Assembly (NCBI GenBank): GCA_951406725.2
Contig: OX597826.1
Span: 14,322,001 to 14,386,000, forward strand
Reading direction: 5' to 3'
Length of the DNA stretch: 64,000 nt
DNA from: Octopus vulgaris
Lineage: Eukaryota
Shown: one piece after another, positions 29,461-40,689 of the stretch
Numbering within the stretch: the stretch's first letter is position 1
Layout: every line of letters begins with the position of its first letter
The notes under the pieces: model-generated
Databases searched by the model: none
Told to the model about the DNA's origin: nothing
What the model saw: the letters and a program-made list of their open reading frames with translations, nothing else
Position numbers and translations under genes: made by a program

Positions 29461-29494
29461 CAAAAGGCTGGAAAAAAACTTTGAGATTTAGTAA

Positions 29495-29568
<74 letters not shown>

Positions 29569-29606
29569 ACTAAAACTCAAAGTTTTTTTTTCCAGCCCTT
29601 TGTTTA
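29457..29606. repeat. Palindrome of about 40-bp unique arms centred on (TA)n
   Basis: TAAACAAAAGGCTGGAAAAAAACTTTGAGATTTAGTA-(TA)n-TACTAAAACTCAAAGTTTTTTTTTCCAGCCCTTTGTTTA. Confidence 0.88.
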
Positions 29607-29932
29607 AGATCATAAAGATTACAAATAAAATAGTCATTTTCTCCCTTGAAAAAACAAATCAATGTTGACATTTTTCTTTAAACAGCTACGCTTCTTTTCC
29701 TTGACTTTTGAATTGCCCTATAATTCTATTAATAGTAGCAAGAGGAATTTGAAGATTTTCGGCGATTTTTCGCTGGCTAAGACCAACCTCAGATTGCCCA
29801 ACAATACGGCGTCTTTGAAAATCTGACAGTTGTGCTGAATTGGAAAAATATAACATAATTTCATTTGTAACAGATCAAATAACAATTGAAATACTTCTTA
29901 TTTTCTTACACGTGTAAAACTTGAAACCTCTA

Positions 29933-30015
29933 TATTTATTTCACATTTCATATTTATTTCACATTTATTTCACATTTCATATTTATTTCACATTTATTTC
30001 ACATTTATTCCACAT
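29933..30015. repeat. Minisatellite, ATTTATTTCAC/ATTTCAT units
   Basis: Direct reading. Confidence 0.88.
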
Positions 30016-30341
30016 TTTCAGTCTTATCTTTGATGTCACAAATATCGGAGGTAATGATGGAATGATGACAGAAAAATATAAAATACAGAACACCTGGCTG
30101 ATACTATCAAAACTTCAAAATTAAATACCTTCATCAAAATTAAGGCTGGCAAGAATAAGCAGCGTAAAATGGGTATCGATGTGGTGTGATGTATGTGCTT
30201 GTTTGTATCTGAGGTTCCTAATAAGCCTTCGTATCTAAATCTATAGATGTATCCTTACGTAGATATGTACAAACACAGATTCACGAACTTATATGTAATC
30301 ATACATAAATATATGTATATACACATACATACAAACATACA

Positions 30342-30404
<63 letters not shown>

Positions 30405-30406
<2 letters not shown>

Positions 30407-30594
30407 AGAGTTTACAAAAAAAAAACGAAGATAGGTGGTGTACAAAACAAGCAGATGTATTAGTATAACGCTCAGGAATAGAAAAAGTATTTTACGTTTA
30501 GAGCATACGCTCTTCTACAAAAAGGGACACAGAAAAAACAAGGAGAGGAAAAAAATATGTGTAGTGGCTAACGATCTATCATGGCTAACGATCT

Positions 30595-30598
<4 letters not shown>
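30405..30598 (-). mobile_element. Short TA-embedded PLE-terminus-like element with degenerate hammerhead motif
   Basis: Minus strand TTGTAGAA-GAGC-GTAT-GCTC-TAAACGTA (30488-30525). Flanked by (TA)n, with a terminal tandem duplication of TGGCTAACGATCTATCA. Confidence 0.45.
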
Positions 30599-30639
<41 letters not shown>

Positions 30640-30874
30640 CACATATATACACTCTTATGTATGTATGTATGTATGTATGTATGTATGTATGTATGTATAT
30701 ATACCACCGATTAATTTATCAAACCGAGAGGAGGAAAGCAATATTGAAATTCACTTATTTGAACTCGAAACGCGAAGGGCTTCAAAAAATGTATTCTATC
30801 CAACACTCGAATATTTGACACCATCTGTATACATATATATATATATATATATATATGCATACATATATACATAC

Positions 30875-30908
<34 letters not shown>

Positions 30909-30916
30909 CATGTGTA

Positions 30917-30995
<79 letters not shown>

Positions 30996-31678
30996 ATACA
31001 CCCATTAAGCCTGCAACGAGATCTTGTGATTTGGCAAAGTAGATATAATGGAGAAATAATTTCATAAAGTTTGTTACTGATAATATGTCTTCTGTATGTG
31101 TATTGACATGAGCAGAAACTGTAACATTTTAACCCTTAACATTAAAAAAATTGCATATACATAATTTAAACATCATTTGCCAGAATAAACCTCAGGATAA
31201 CAAAAATACTATTTTGATAAGTAACTTCATGATGTTAAAATTGTATAATAAGATAAACGAAATATGACACAGCTTTAGAGAAATACCGTAAAAAATTACA
31301 GTCATCAATCTACTACAACTGAAATATTTCCAGTTGATATTCCCTGATATTATCGTTGGCACTATAGATTTGACGGACAGATAACAACTTAATTGAATAT
31401 TTTGCATCATATGTAAAAAAAAACATATTATCTCTGTCAGTAATGCCTCTTCCTCAGTTACAGTCTTTATAACTAATATATTCAGTAGAAATCATTCCTG
31501 TTTTTCTTTTTATTTGCAAATGTTCTCGCTTCAATTAAGCATCTCGTTTAGCGTCCCTGTCAAAAATATTAACATTGATCAAGAATTTTCAAAGATGATT
31601 ACAATAAAAATACACCGAGCAACAGGCCACTTCGGGCAGTGTAAAACATGCAGTTATTTTTTTATTCTAACAGTTATA

Positions 31679-33331
31679 TTGGGTCATCCCATAAATAATG
31701 CAGTTTTGTTTATACATTTTTTTATTTTTCAAAATTAAGATTAACAACTTTCTTTTTTAATCTAAAATATCCTCTCCTTCAATTTCTACAATACCTTTCC
31801 ATCGAAAATTCCCTTGTTCGTGATGAAAAGTATTCTTCCAGAACTGTTCAGGCCTTGTCTATATAATTCATATTTTTCCGTCCAAATGATTTTGAAGATT
31901 GCGAAATAAATGATAATCAGATGGGGCAATGTCCGACGAATATGGTGGGTGAGGCATCATTTCCTATTCAAACTGCTCCAGCCTTTGAAATGTCATCCTC
32001 GCTGTATGTGGCCGAGCATTATCCTGATCGAAGACCAAATTTCGTCTTGAAACCAGAGATGGTTGTTTTTCTTCTAGCGATGACTTAAGCCTCTCAAGCT
32101 GCTCGCAGTAGATCTCCTTTGTTATCGTTTGGTTTTAGTTTAAAAGTTCCAAGTGGACTAAACCTTTAATATCCCACCAAACAGATAACAACACTTTATT
32201 GCGGGTGAAGACCTTCTTTAGCCTGGAATGCTGGTGTTTCTCTTTTCCCTATACGCTATCTTTGGCACTTGACATTTTTGTAGAGAACCCATTTCTCGTC
32301 ACTATGCATTCCAAAAATAGGTTCATTTGTGAGATGTGACAGCAATGAAGAGCACATTCACTCTCTGCACGCGATTAGAGTCGGAAAGTTTGTGAGGAAT
32401 CCATTGACCCAATTTGCTGATTTTTTCCCGATGACATGTAAGTGTCGATGAATGGTTGAATTCAATTCAATTCAACTTTTATTGGCTCAAAAAGCAAAAG
32501 CAAGGCCATGTAGGGGGAGAGGGAGTTATGTACAGGGAGGGTGGTCATACAAAGAGTTCAGGTCATTTCTTGTCAAGAGAGACTTTGAACCGAGCAGTCG
32601 TCGGCATCTTCACTATCTCGTCCGGCAGCTTATTCCACGGATCCGCAACCCGGACGGAGAAAGCCCCTCTCCTTCGATTGAGATGAAATCGTCGTAGATA
32701 GAGCTTTTCGGAGTGATCCCGCAGCCCACGCTTTGGAGCAGGAGTGAAGAATAGCTCTTTCGAGAGATTATACTTTCCGCTTATGATGTTGTGAGCGAGA
32801 ATGAGATCACCACGGCGTCGTCGTTTTTCGAGAGAATAAAGGTCGAGCGTCTTCAGCCTATCAAATCCATGCTTCTCTGCTAATTCCTCAACAGTTACGA
32901 TGGGATTTTGTTCCACCAGGGTTTGCAGCACGACCTTGTCCAGCTCTACAGAGCTTTTAGGACAAGGCTCGACTTCTAGGCTGTAGTTTCCGGCTCGGAA
33001 TTTCTGGAACCACCGTTGACATTAGCTTACGTTTATTGTCCGACCCCCCATATACTACATTAATATTCCTTGCACTTTCCGTTGCGATGTTGCCTTTATT
33101 GAACATATAAAGCAAAATATCCCGAATATGCCCCTTTTTCACTTCCATTATATTTTTTAAAAAATAACTGTTAAAATCGAACTACACTATTCAAAACTTG
33201 CACTATGATTAAGTTGAAGGCAAAATTACTACTATTTTATAGCGAGTTGATACAGGTAGCTTATGCTGTCCATCTCCGACTTATAGTTCATATACAATTG
33301 AAAATAACGCATTATTTATGTGATGACCCAA
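31679..33331 (-). mobile_element. Full-length mariner element (pseudogenised) with TIRs and TA TSD
   Basis: TIRs TTGGGTCATCCCATAAATAATGC / GCATTATTTATGTGATGACCCAA, each flanked by TA. Transposase MEVKKGHIRDILLYMFNKG..., GQWIPHKL, DEKWVLY, DNARPH, PHPPYSSDIAPSDYHLF. Confidence 0.94.
32461..32859 (-). mobile_element. 5'-truncated CR1 LINE 3' end nested in the mariner
   Basis: RLKTLDLYSLEKRRRRGDLI...RGLRDHSEKL...FSVRVADPWNKLPDEIV...FKVSLD*, then a 3' UTR with AATAAA and a (TTGAA)n tail. It splits mariner GFD|STIHRHL. Confidence 0.92.
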
Positions 33332-33999
33332 TACTTCTGTATCAATACACTTTTTGTAAATCTACAAATACTATTGTTTATAGGTTATTTGTACAAACGA
33401 CTCAATGTGCTCTAGTGTATAACTGATAAATATCAAGCATGGAATGATAAAATATGGGTCACTTTTTTGGTATTACAGTTTCAAAACTATAGGGAGTAAG
33501 ACTTAATACTGAAACATTTTTAGTCATGCTTACCGTTCTTATTTCTATTTTCTATTTTCTCATTTAATCCATAAAATGACAATTTTACTTATATGACTTT
33601 CATGGCCTTCAAATGAATGTTAATGATGTCCATCTCGCTTTCTCTTAAATAACAAGAGTAATTCGTTGTTCTAGTCACCTCTATATTCATACACCTTTGA
33701 TATTCAACATATCATATGCGGTGAGTGTCCTCGGAAAGTAACTAACGTCAATGCGGCAGGTAACAGCCTAATCTTCGCGCTGGATGACATTTATATTTAC
33801 GTGTGTCAGGGAAATAGGATGCATTAGTTAGTTTTTACAATTAATATCTCTCAATTGTAATGCATTTTCTGAAACAGCTGGCAAATTATTGTTATCTGCA
33901 AGCTGTGGGAGAATAGTCTAAGATATAGCTACGCTTCTACGAAGGTTTCTTATAATCGAGCAATATAACTAGAGTGAATTCATTGGAAAAACTATAGAA

Positions 34000-34420
34000 G
34001 GGCTTCAGGTCCTTAAATGCAAAACCGTAGAATTTCTATTTGAAAAAGAAACAAATCATATCGACAACTGGAGAAATTCTCGAAATTGAACTCCATGAAA
34101 TCACAATGTGGGCGATGAGTGTTTAAAAAGTTAGTGTCGGTTATTTATGCAAACTACCTGGTGCTTAGTCAAGATGTTCATCAGTCAAACACATCAACAT
34201 CTAATCCAGGGATATCAGTGAATGAGCTAGGTTGACGGTTGACAGACAATAGGAACTTTGTGCATTGAAATCACTTCAGATAAGGAATTTGGCGAAAGAG
34301 AATATTAAATAGTTTACTTTAATGTAGGTAATCCAGTAAATATTGGTGGGCGAAATAATGTAGAAATCGATGGAATCAGCTTTGAAATATCTGAAATAAG
34401 ACATCGGGAATATTTAAGTA
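34000..34420 (+). mobile_element. Possible Merlin/ISXO2-like transposase relic
   Basis: NIGGRNNVEIDGISF resembles the IGG...VEIDES.F motif. The remainder is too decayed to confirm. Confidence 0.3.
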
Positions 34421-34891
34421 TAGTAAATGGCATTAACATCCTCATCGATTACACTAAGTTGTTCAACAGGATTTGGTTATCTTTAGTTGGCTTCTTAAAA
34501 TTATGTGCTCCTGGTGGTGAAGTAGGTATTACAAATTTGGAGTGTTTACCATATTATATACCAGTCAGTGCAGCAGCTTCCCGAGGCTTTCCTGGTACAT
34601 TCAAATTCTGTATTATCTAGCAGCAAGTTAGCACTGACTGGTGTCTTCTAAGGCAGACTGCTTTTAATTGTAAGTATAGACGGAATCAATTCATCAAGTG
34701 TCTGATTTTTCTAAAAATCAGCGCCTGATATGAATGACTGCGACAAAAAAATTTAAATATATCCAAGGGGCAGGTAGTAGCGTTAAATCTGGTAGGAAGT
34801 TTTGTTTACCGAGAAAAGAAGACGTTTCATTATATTACGAGACCAGCATTAAGTATATCGCGTAATATAATGATAAATTTATATATATATT

Positions 34892-35265
34892 ATTTTATTC
34901 TTTTATTCTTTTACATGATACAGTCATTTGACTGCAGCCATACTGGAGCACCGCCTTAAAGGATGTGTAAACCTAGTATTTACTATATCAGTTTCTTTTG
35001 CCGAAACGATAAGTTACGGCTGCATAAACACACTAACATCAGTTTTCAAGCGATGTGTCAAACGCAGACACAAACACACACACACATATAAATATATATA
35101 CATACATACGATGGGCATCATTCAGTTTCCATCTACCAGATCCAGTCACAAGGCTTTGGCCGGCCTGTGGCTATAGCAGAAAGGACTTTACCATGATGGC
35201 ACGCAGTGGTACTGGTCCCGGATTCATGTTGTTGGAAAGCAAACTTCTTACCACACAAACACGCA
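34892..35265 (-). mobile_element. SINE family 1, older diverged copy
   Basis: Colinear with 8297-8692, with many substitutions and an internal deletion. Confidence 0.82.
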
Positions 35266-35323
35266 ACAATATATGTGTGTACATATTTAAATGTATATAT
35301 GCATGTATATATATATATAAGTC

Positions 35324-35326
35324 TAT

Positions 35327-35407
<81 letters not shown>

Positions 35408-35420
35408 ATGTATCCTATCC

Positions 35421-35467
<47 letters not shown>

Positions 35468-35498
35468 AATCTATCTATCTATCTATCTATCTATCCGA

Positions 35499-35567
<69 letters not shown>

Positions 35568-35574
35568 ATGTATC

Positions 35575-35633
<59 letters not shown>

Positions 35634-35652
35634 AATCTATCTATCTATCCGA

Positions 35653-35701
<49 letters not shown>

Positions 35702-35812
35702 ATGTATCATCTATCTATCTATCTATCTATCTATATATCTATCTATCTATCTATCTGTCTGTCTTTCTGTCTTTCTGTCTGTCTATCTGTCTGTCTGCCT
35801 GTCTGTCTATCA
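35324..35812. repeat. (TATC)n/(TGTC)n microsatellite with higher-order duplication
   Basis: Variant markers CATGTATC, CAATC and CCGACTGTC recur in the same order. Confidence 0.93.
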
Positions 35813-35824
35813 ATATATCAACAT

Positions 35825-36075
35825 ACATATGAGAGGGGTGATCATTACGTAGATATACATTATGCTAGAAGTAGATCCGCTATGCTCTTACCACTAAGAA
35901 AAGAATGTTCTCAAGAAAATCTAGCAAGCACCAGAACGTAAGCGAGCAAGACAAATGAAAAGAAACAAAAATATAGATTAATCATAGACTAGTTTCACTA
36001 TTAACACTTACGCAAATCACTTACGTAATTGTCCAATTTTAATATGCTAGACCACTGGTTTTAAATTGATATTAA
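35825..36075 (-). mobile_element. Second, partial copy of the 15570-16034 PLE-derived family
   Basis: TATGCTAGAAG...GCGAGCAAGACAAATGAAAAG...GACTAGTTTCAC and TATGCTAGACCACTGGTTTTAAATTGATATTAAT match the reverse complement of parts of 15595-16030. Confidence 0.7.
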
Positions 36076-36259
36076 TCAAATTAATGTTCAGATTTCACCC
36101 TAATTATTTAAAATTTGAATCTAAATATCTATCTACATATCTGTCTGGCTGTCTATCTATATGTCTATCTATCTATTTGTCTGTCTTTCTATCTGTCTGG
36201 CTGTCTGTCTGTTTGTCTGACTGTCTATCTATCTGTCTGTCTGTCTATATCTCTGTCTG

Positions 36260-36324
<65 letters not shown>

Positions 36325-36869
36325 ATATCTATCTATCTAGTTATCTTGCTGTCTGTCTATCTAATTAGTTATCCAAATGTCTGTCTATATATCTATCTAT
36401 ATATCTATCTATATATCTATCAATCTATTTATCTGTCCGAGTGTCTGTCTGTCTATCTAGTTAGCAAAAGTCACACTTTCACCCTTTCACGCTAAAATCC
36501 CTGTTTAGTTTCTGTCATTTCTTCAATAGTCGCTGATGTTTGTTGTTCTTGGCTGCAAGGAAAATATGTAAAAAAATAATTATTATATTGAAATAAATGG
36601 TTTAGAAATAATAAATATTTTAACAGAGCCAAATTCAGACACACATGCAAACGCACACACACACACACACACGCGCATACACATACACATAATTTTATGT
36701 ATGCACCTATAAATATATGCTTGTTTGTACATTAGTATGCCTGCATATATGTATGTAAATATATATATGTACACATATGTCTATATACATACAGTATGCA
36801 CACACTCACACACACATACACACAGAAACACAATTACACACACATCTATACCTACCTACTTACCTACAA

Positions 36870-36979
36870 ACATACATACGTACATACATACATGCTTGCA
36901 TATATACATACATACATACAAGTATACATACATACATACTTACATACATACTTACATACATACTTACATACATACATAC

Positions 36980-37010
<31 letters not shown>

Positions 37011-37195
37011 CATACATACATACATACATACATACATACATACATACATACATACTTACATACATACATAAATACATACATACATACATACATACATACA
37101 TACATACATAAATACATACATACATACATAAATACATACATACATACATACATACATACATACATACATACATACATACATACTTACATACATAC

Positions 37196-37226
<31 letters not shown>

Positions 37227-37505
37227 CATACATACTTACATACATACATAAATAAATAAATAAATACATACATACATACATACATAAATACTTACATAAA
37301 TACATAAATACATACATACATAAATACATACATACATACATAAATACATACATACATACATACATACATACATACATACATACATACATACATACATACA
37401 TACATACATACATACATACATACATACATACATACATACATACATACATACATACATACATACATACATACATACATACATACATACATACAGACATACA
37501 TACAC
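36870..37505. repeat. (TACA)n microsatellite
   Basis: Direct reading. Confidence 0.97.
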
Positions 37506-37509
37506 ACTT

Positions 37510-38345
37510 GACTGTCGCATCATATCGATTCGTCAAATTCCTTTAACCAAAGAAATGTCACAGTGCAGCAGTTGACCAACTTTGCATACATGAGGCTGAT
37601 AACGTTATAAGACTTGTAAGGCAGCTCCTGGGGCAGTATTCCTTGTCTGATAGTCTTAAAATTGTGCCCAAATAAGTCGCACGACTCAACCGCAAGGTAT
37701 CATCAACATAAGGAGCAGAAGACTTTGCATGGGTATGTTAGTGGAAAGCTCAGAGATGATGGTAACATTGATCGACAAAGCAGCCTATCATGGACCAACA
37801 ACCGGATTACTACCCACCACTTTGGAGGGTATGTGTTTGCAATCCTAGAACAAGAAATATCAACCAGATACCTGACACACATTAAGGACAGAGATACAGG
37901 GAAAGCAGTAAAATGTGAAACCGATGCAGACTTTCTGGAATTAACACCGAAGATATCACTCTCATCACAAGTAGTTGTCCAAAACTGTCATCCCGGTATT
38001 ATCTATCGATGAGACATTATGTCGTAGCTAGGACACTGTATAACAAGATCCCTCGAACGGATAACCACGTGGATAAAGAAAAAAGAACCCACAGGATGGT
38101 GGAAGCCATAGCCATTAATAATAAAAAGGTGTACTGGTGAGATGTCCAAGTGAAAACTGCAATAAAAGGTAAACACAATAGACCTGACATACTAATTTGG
38201 GATAGAGAAGAGAATATGTGTACAGTTGTGGAAATTAGCTGCCCAGCGGATGTTAACAAAACGTTGAAGATCAATGAAAAAGAGAACACCTATGCTGAAC
38301 TATTGAGAAATCTGTAGCTACTCTATCCAAATTACAAGTTCTTAA
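37510..38345 (+). mobile_element. RLE LINE (R4-like) fragment: zinc knuckle plus restriction-like endonuclease
   Basis: KTLHGY...GYVFAILEQEISTRYL...CRL....EDITLITSSCPKL...RH..VA...KHNRPDILIWDRE...VEISCPADVN...EKENTYAELLRNL. Confidence 0.88.
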
Positions 38346-39470
38346 CACGTGAGGAGTTCGGCTTTTTAGTTCTCTTGATGTTTAAACGAGCAATGTGGAG
38401 TGGGTTTTACAGCTGCCGAACCGAAACGATGATGGTACCAGCGGAAAGTTTTCGGCTAGCTAGCAGGAGAACGTTACGGGAGCGATGGTAGCAACGCGGC
38501 GACTGACTTCTGACTGACTTCATACGCAGATGAATTTCTGCGACTAAATTTTCGATAGCCTTCTGCGTAGTCGCATGGAATTTTTGCAAGTCCGAAGAAA
38601 CTGTAGCAACTGACAAATATAAGTTGTGCTGGTCAGGAACGGATGTTGAGAACTCCATAATTTTATTCCTGATGTCGCACATCGGAGCCGGGAAAAGAAG
38701 AATTATTTTATCATTTTACTATCAGCGGGGTTAACTTCTGTGACTTGCCGCATCCTTCGTAACAGTTATAATGGTGAGCGGTCTCCTGCATACTCGTCGT
38801 TAAATAGCTTGTGAAACTTCTCAGATGAGAGAGAAATTCGCCTTAAAATTTCATTCTCAATGGCAGAATACGTTGCATTTGCAGGCGGAGATGTGACTAG
38901 TTGTCGAAGTTCGCCCGTCAGTGATGGAGGTAATGAGCTTAATAACATATAAATTGTAGCTGCTGTTGAGGTGACTAATATATAAGTTGTTGCTGCTCTG
39001 AGTTGTGTTTATTGGCGGCAAAATATGCCTCCAGTTGTGCAAACCAGATAGAAACGTCTCCTATGAAAATTGATACTACTGGATGGTCCATGGCAGCTAT
39101 CATCGTTGACTGCGTCGCAGGAAATTGCGACATGAAGAAAATTATTAACGAAAAGTGGTCTCATCACGTAGAGAGTCGCCAATTATGTACTGGACAGTTG
39201 ATAGTTTGATGGAAAGATACAGATCGTTACTATTTGAGTTCTGGATGCGTGTGGAAAAGTAACAAATTTTTATTGTGCAAGAGAAGGAAGAAATGAATCT
39301 ACGATTTACTACAGAAGTATGAAATGTAAGATAAATAGAAATTAAAATGATGTGTACATGAAGAATAGGTTCTGGTATTTGGTAAGTAGGTTCAAGAGTC
39401 CGAAATAATCTCAATCGTATAATACGTCTTTGGCAAAATAAAAACTAATGCGTATTTAGAAAATCTTCAC
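38346..39470 (-). mobile_element. Ty3/gypsy LTR retrotransposon remnant: LTR end, PBS and gag pseudogene
   Basis: IWFAQLEAYF...SSLPPSLTGELRQLVTSPPANATYSAIENEILRRISLS...YAGDRSP is a gypsy gag signature. LTR end ..CA at 39186 is followed by PBS TGGCGACTCTCTACGTGAT (39163-39181), resembling the tRNA-Trp PBS TGGTGACCCCGACGTGAT. Distal LTR boundary is uncertain. Confidence 0.8.
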
Positions 39471-39572
39471 CATTTCTTGGAACCAATTTAAGACCAAATA
39501 GTTTATAATGATAGTATATATATATATATATATATATATGTGTGGGGGGGGGGTGCGTGTGTGTTTGTGTGT

Positions 39573-39880
39573 GGAGGTGCAATGGCCTAGTGGTTAGGGC
39601 AGCGGACTCGCGGTCGTAGGATCGCAGTTTCGATTCTCAGACCTGGCGCTGTGAGTGTTTATTGAGCGAAAACACCTAAAGCTCCACGAGGCTCCGGCAG
39701 GGGTGGTGGCTATTCCTGCTGTACTCTTTCGCCATAACTTTCTCTCACTCTTTCTTCTGTTGGCCTGCTCACTTAGCCAGCAGGGTGGAGTCATTTGAAG
39801 GCTAACATAATACGAAGCGCATTGTGACCAGCGATGTGTAGCAACATCTGATAGCCCGGTCGGTCACGGTGATCACGATG
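39573..39880 (+). mobile_element. tRNA-derived SINE family 3
   Basis: Head GGTGCAATGGCCTAGTGGTTAGGGCAGCGGACTCGCGGTCGTAGGATCGCAGTTTCGATTC (A and B boxes), unrelated body, short tandem tail TCACGGTGA/TCACGATGA. Confidence 0.8.
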
Positions 39881-40689
39881 AGATATATATATATATTCAC
39901 TATTATAACATGGACATTAGACAATATTCAATGGATATTGAAGCTTGCGCGCTAACATATTCAGTATATAAAAACAAAATATATTTAATCAATCAAATTT
40001 TACACCCTACTGTTTCTGTTTTGACTTATAATCAATTTACCAAGTTCTTCCCCTTGCCTCAACAGAAGAGAAATGTCACTTACGCTAATGAATTTATCAT
40101 CACATTATTAGTGCAATTTCGATTAATCAAAATTTTTTTTCAGTTCACTACACTAATTATATTAGCATGCATTTAACTAAGTATCTTCTTTATCCAAAGT
40201 AATTTGCTGGGAATCATATAATGTCAATATTTTAATTTGTCCAATCAACATTTTAATTTGTATAATAAGTACTTGCTAAACTTCTGGCTATGAACACCTG
40301 CACCATATTAAACAGACTACGTTAAACTATCCGATACTCCTTTCACAAACTTTGATCAATGATTTTTTTTTATCCTTTTGTTTTCATTGTGTCATATATT
40401 TTCATCAAAACACAGTATTTCCCTTTTCTCTTAAAATCATCTTTACTTTTCAGTACTTCATTACAACTTACATTATACGAAACAAAAACTAAATCCAGAA
40501 ATATATTGTAGGTTCCTTGAACTATTCTAATTCTAGCCTTTTTACTTCTCCAAATTTTCTTTATATTATTTTCATTATCTCAAACAGTTATTCCTTTCCC
40601 AATCCAAAGGAGACATGTTATCTGTACATCGAAGTTCAAATATAGTGATGTCACTATTAATACATCAGGATGAATGGGGATGAGAAAGA

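Noticed and set aside
35055-37536. ORFs of repeated YLSI/HTYI/MYVC
   Set aside because: Stop-free frames of (TATC)n and (TACA)n; the same applies to all YIYI/CVCV ORFs.
39573-39650. Possible tRNA gene (also the heads of SINE families 1 and 2)
   Set aside because: A/B boxes are present but there is no clean cloverleaf or terminator, and the sequence continues into a SINE body.
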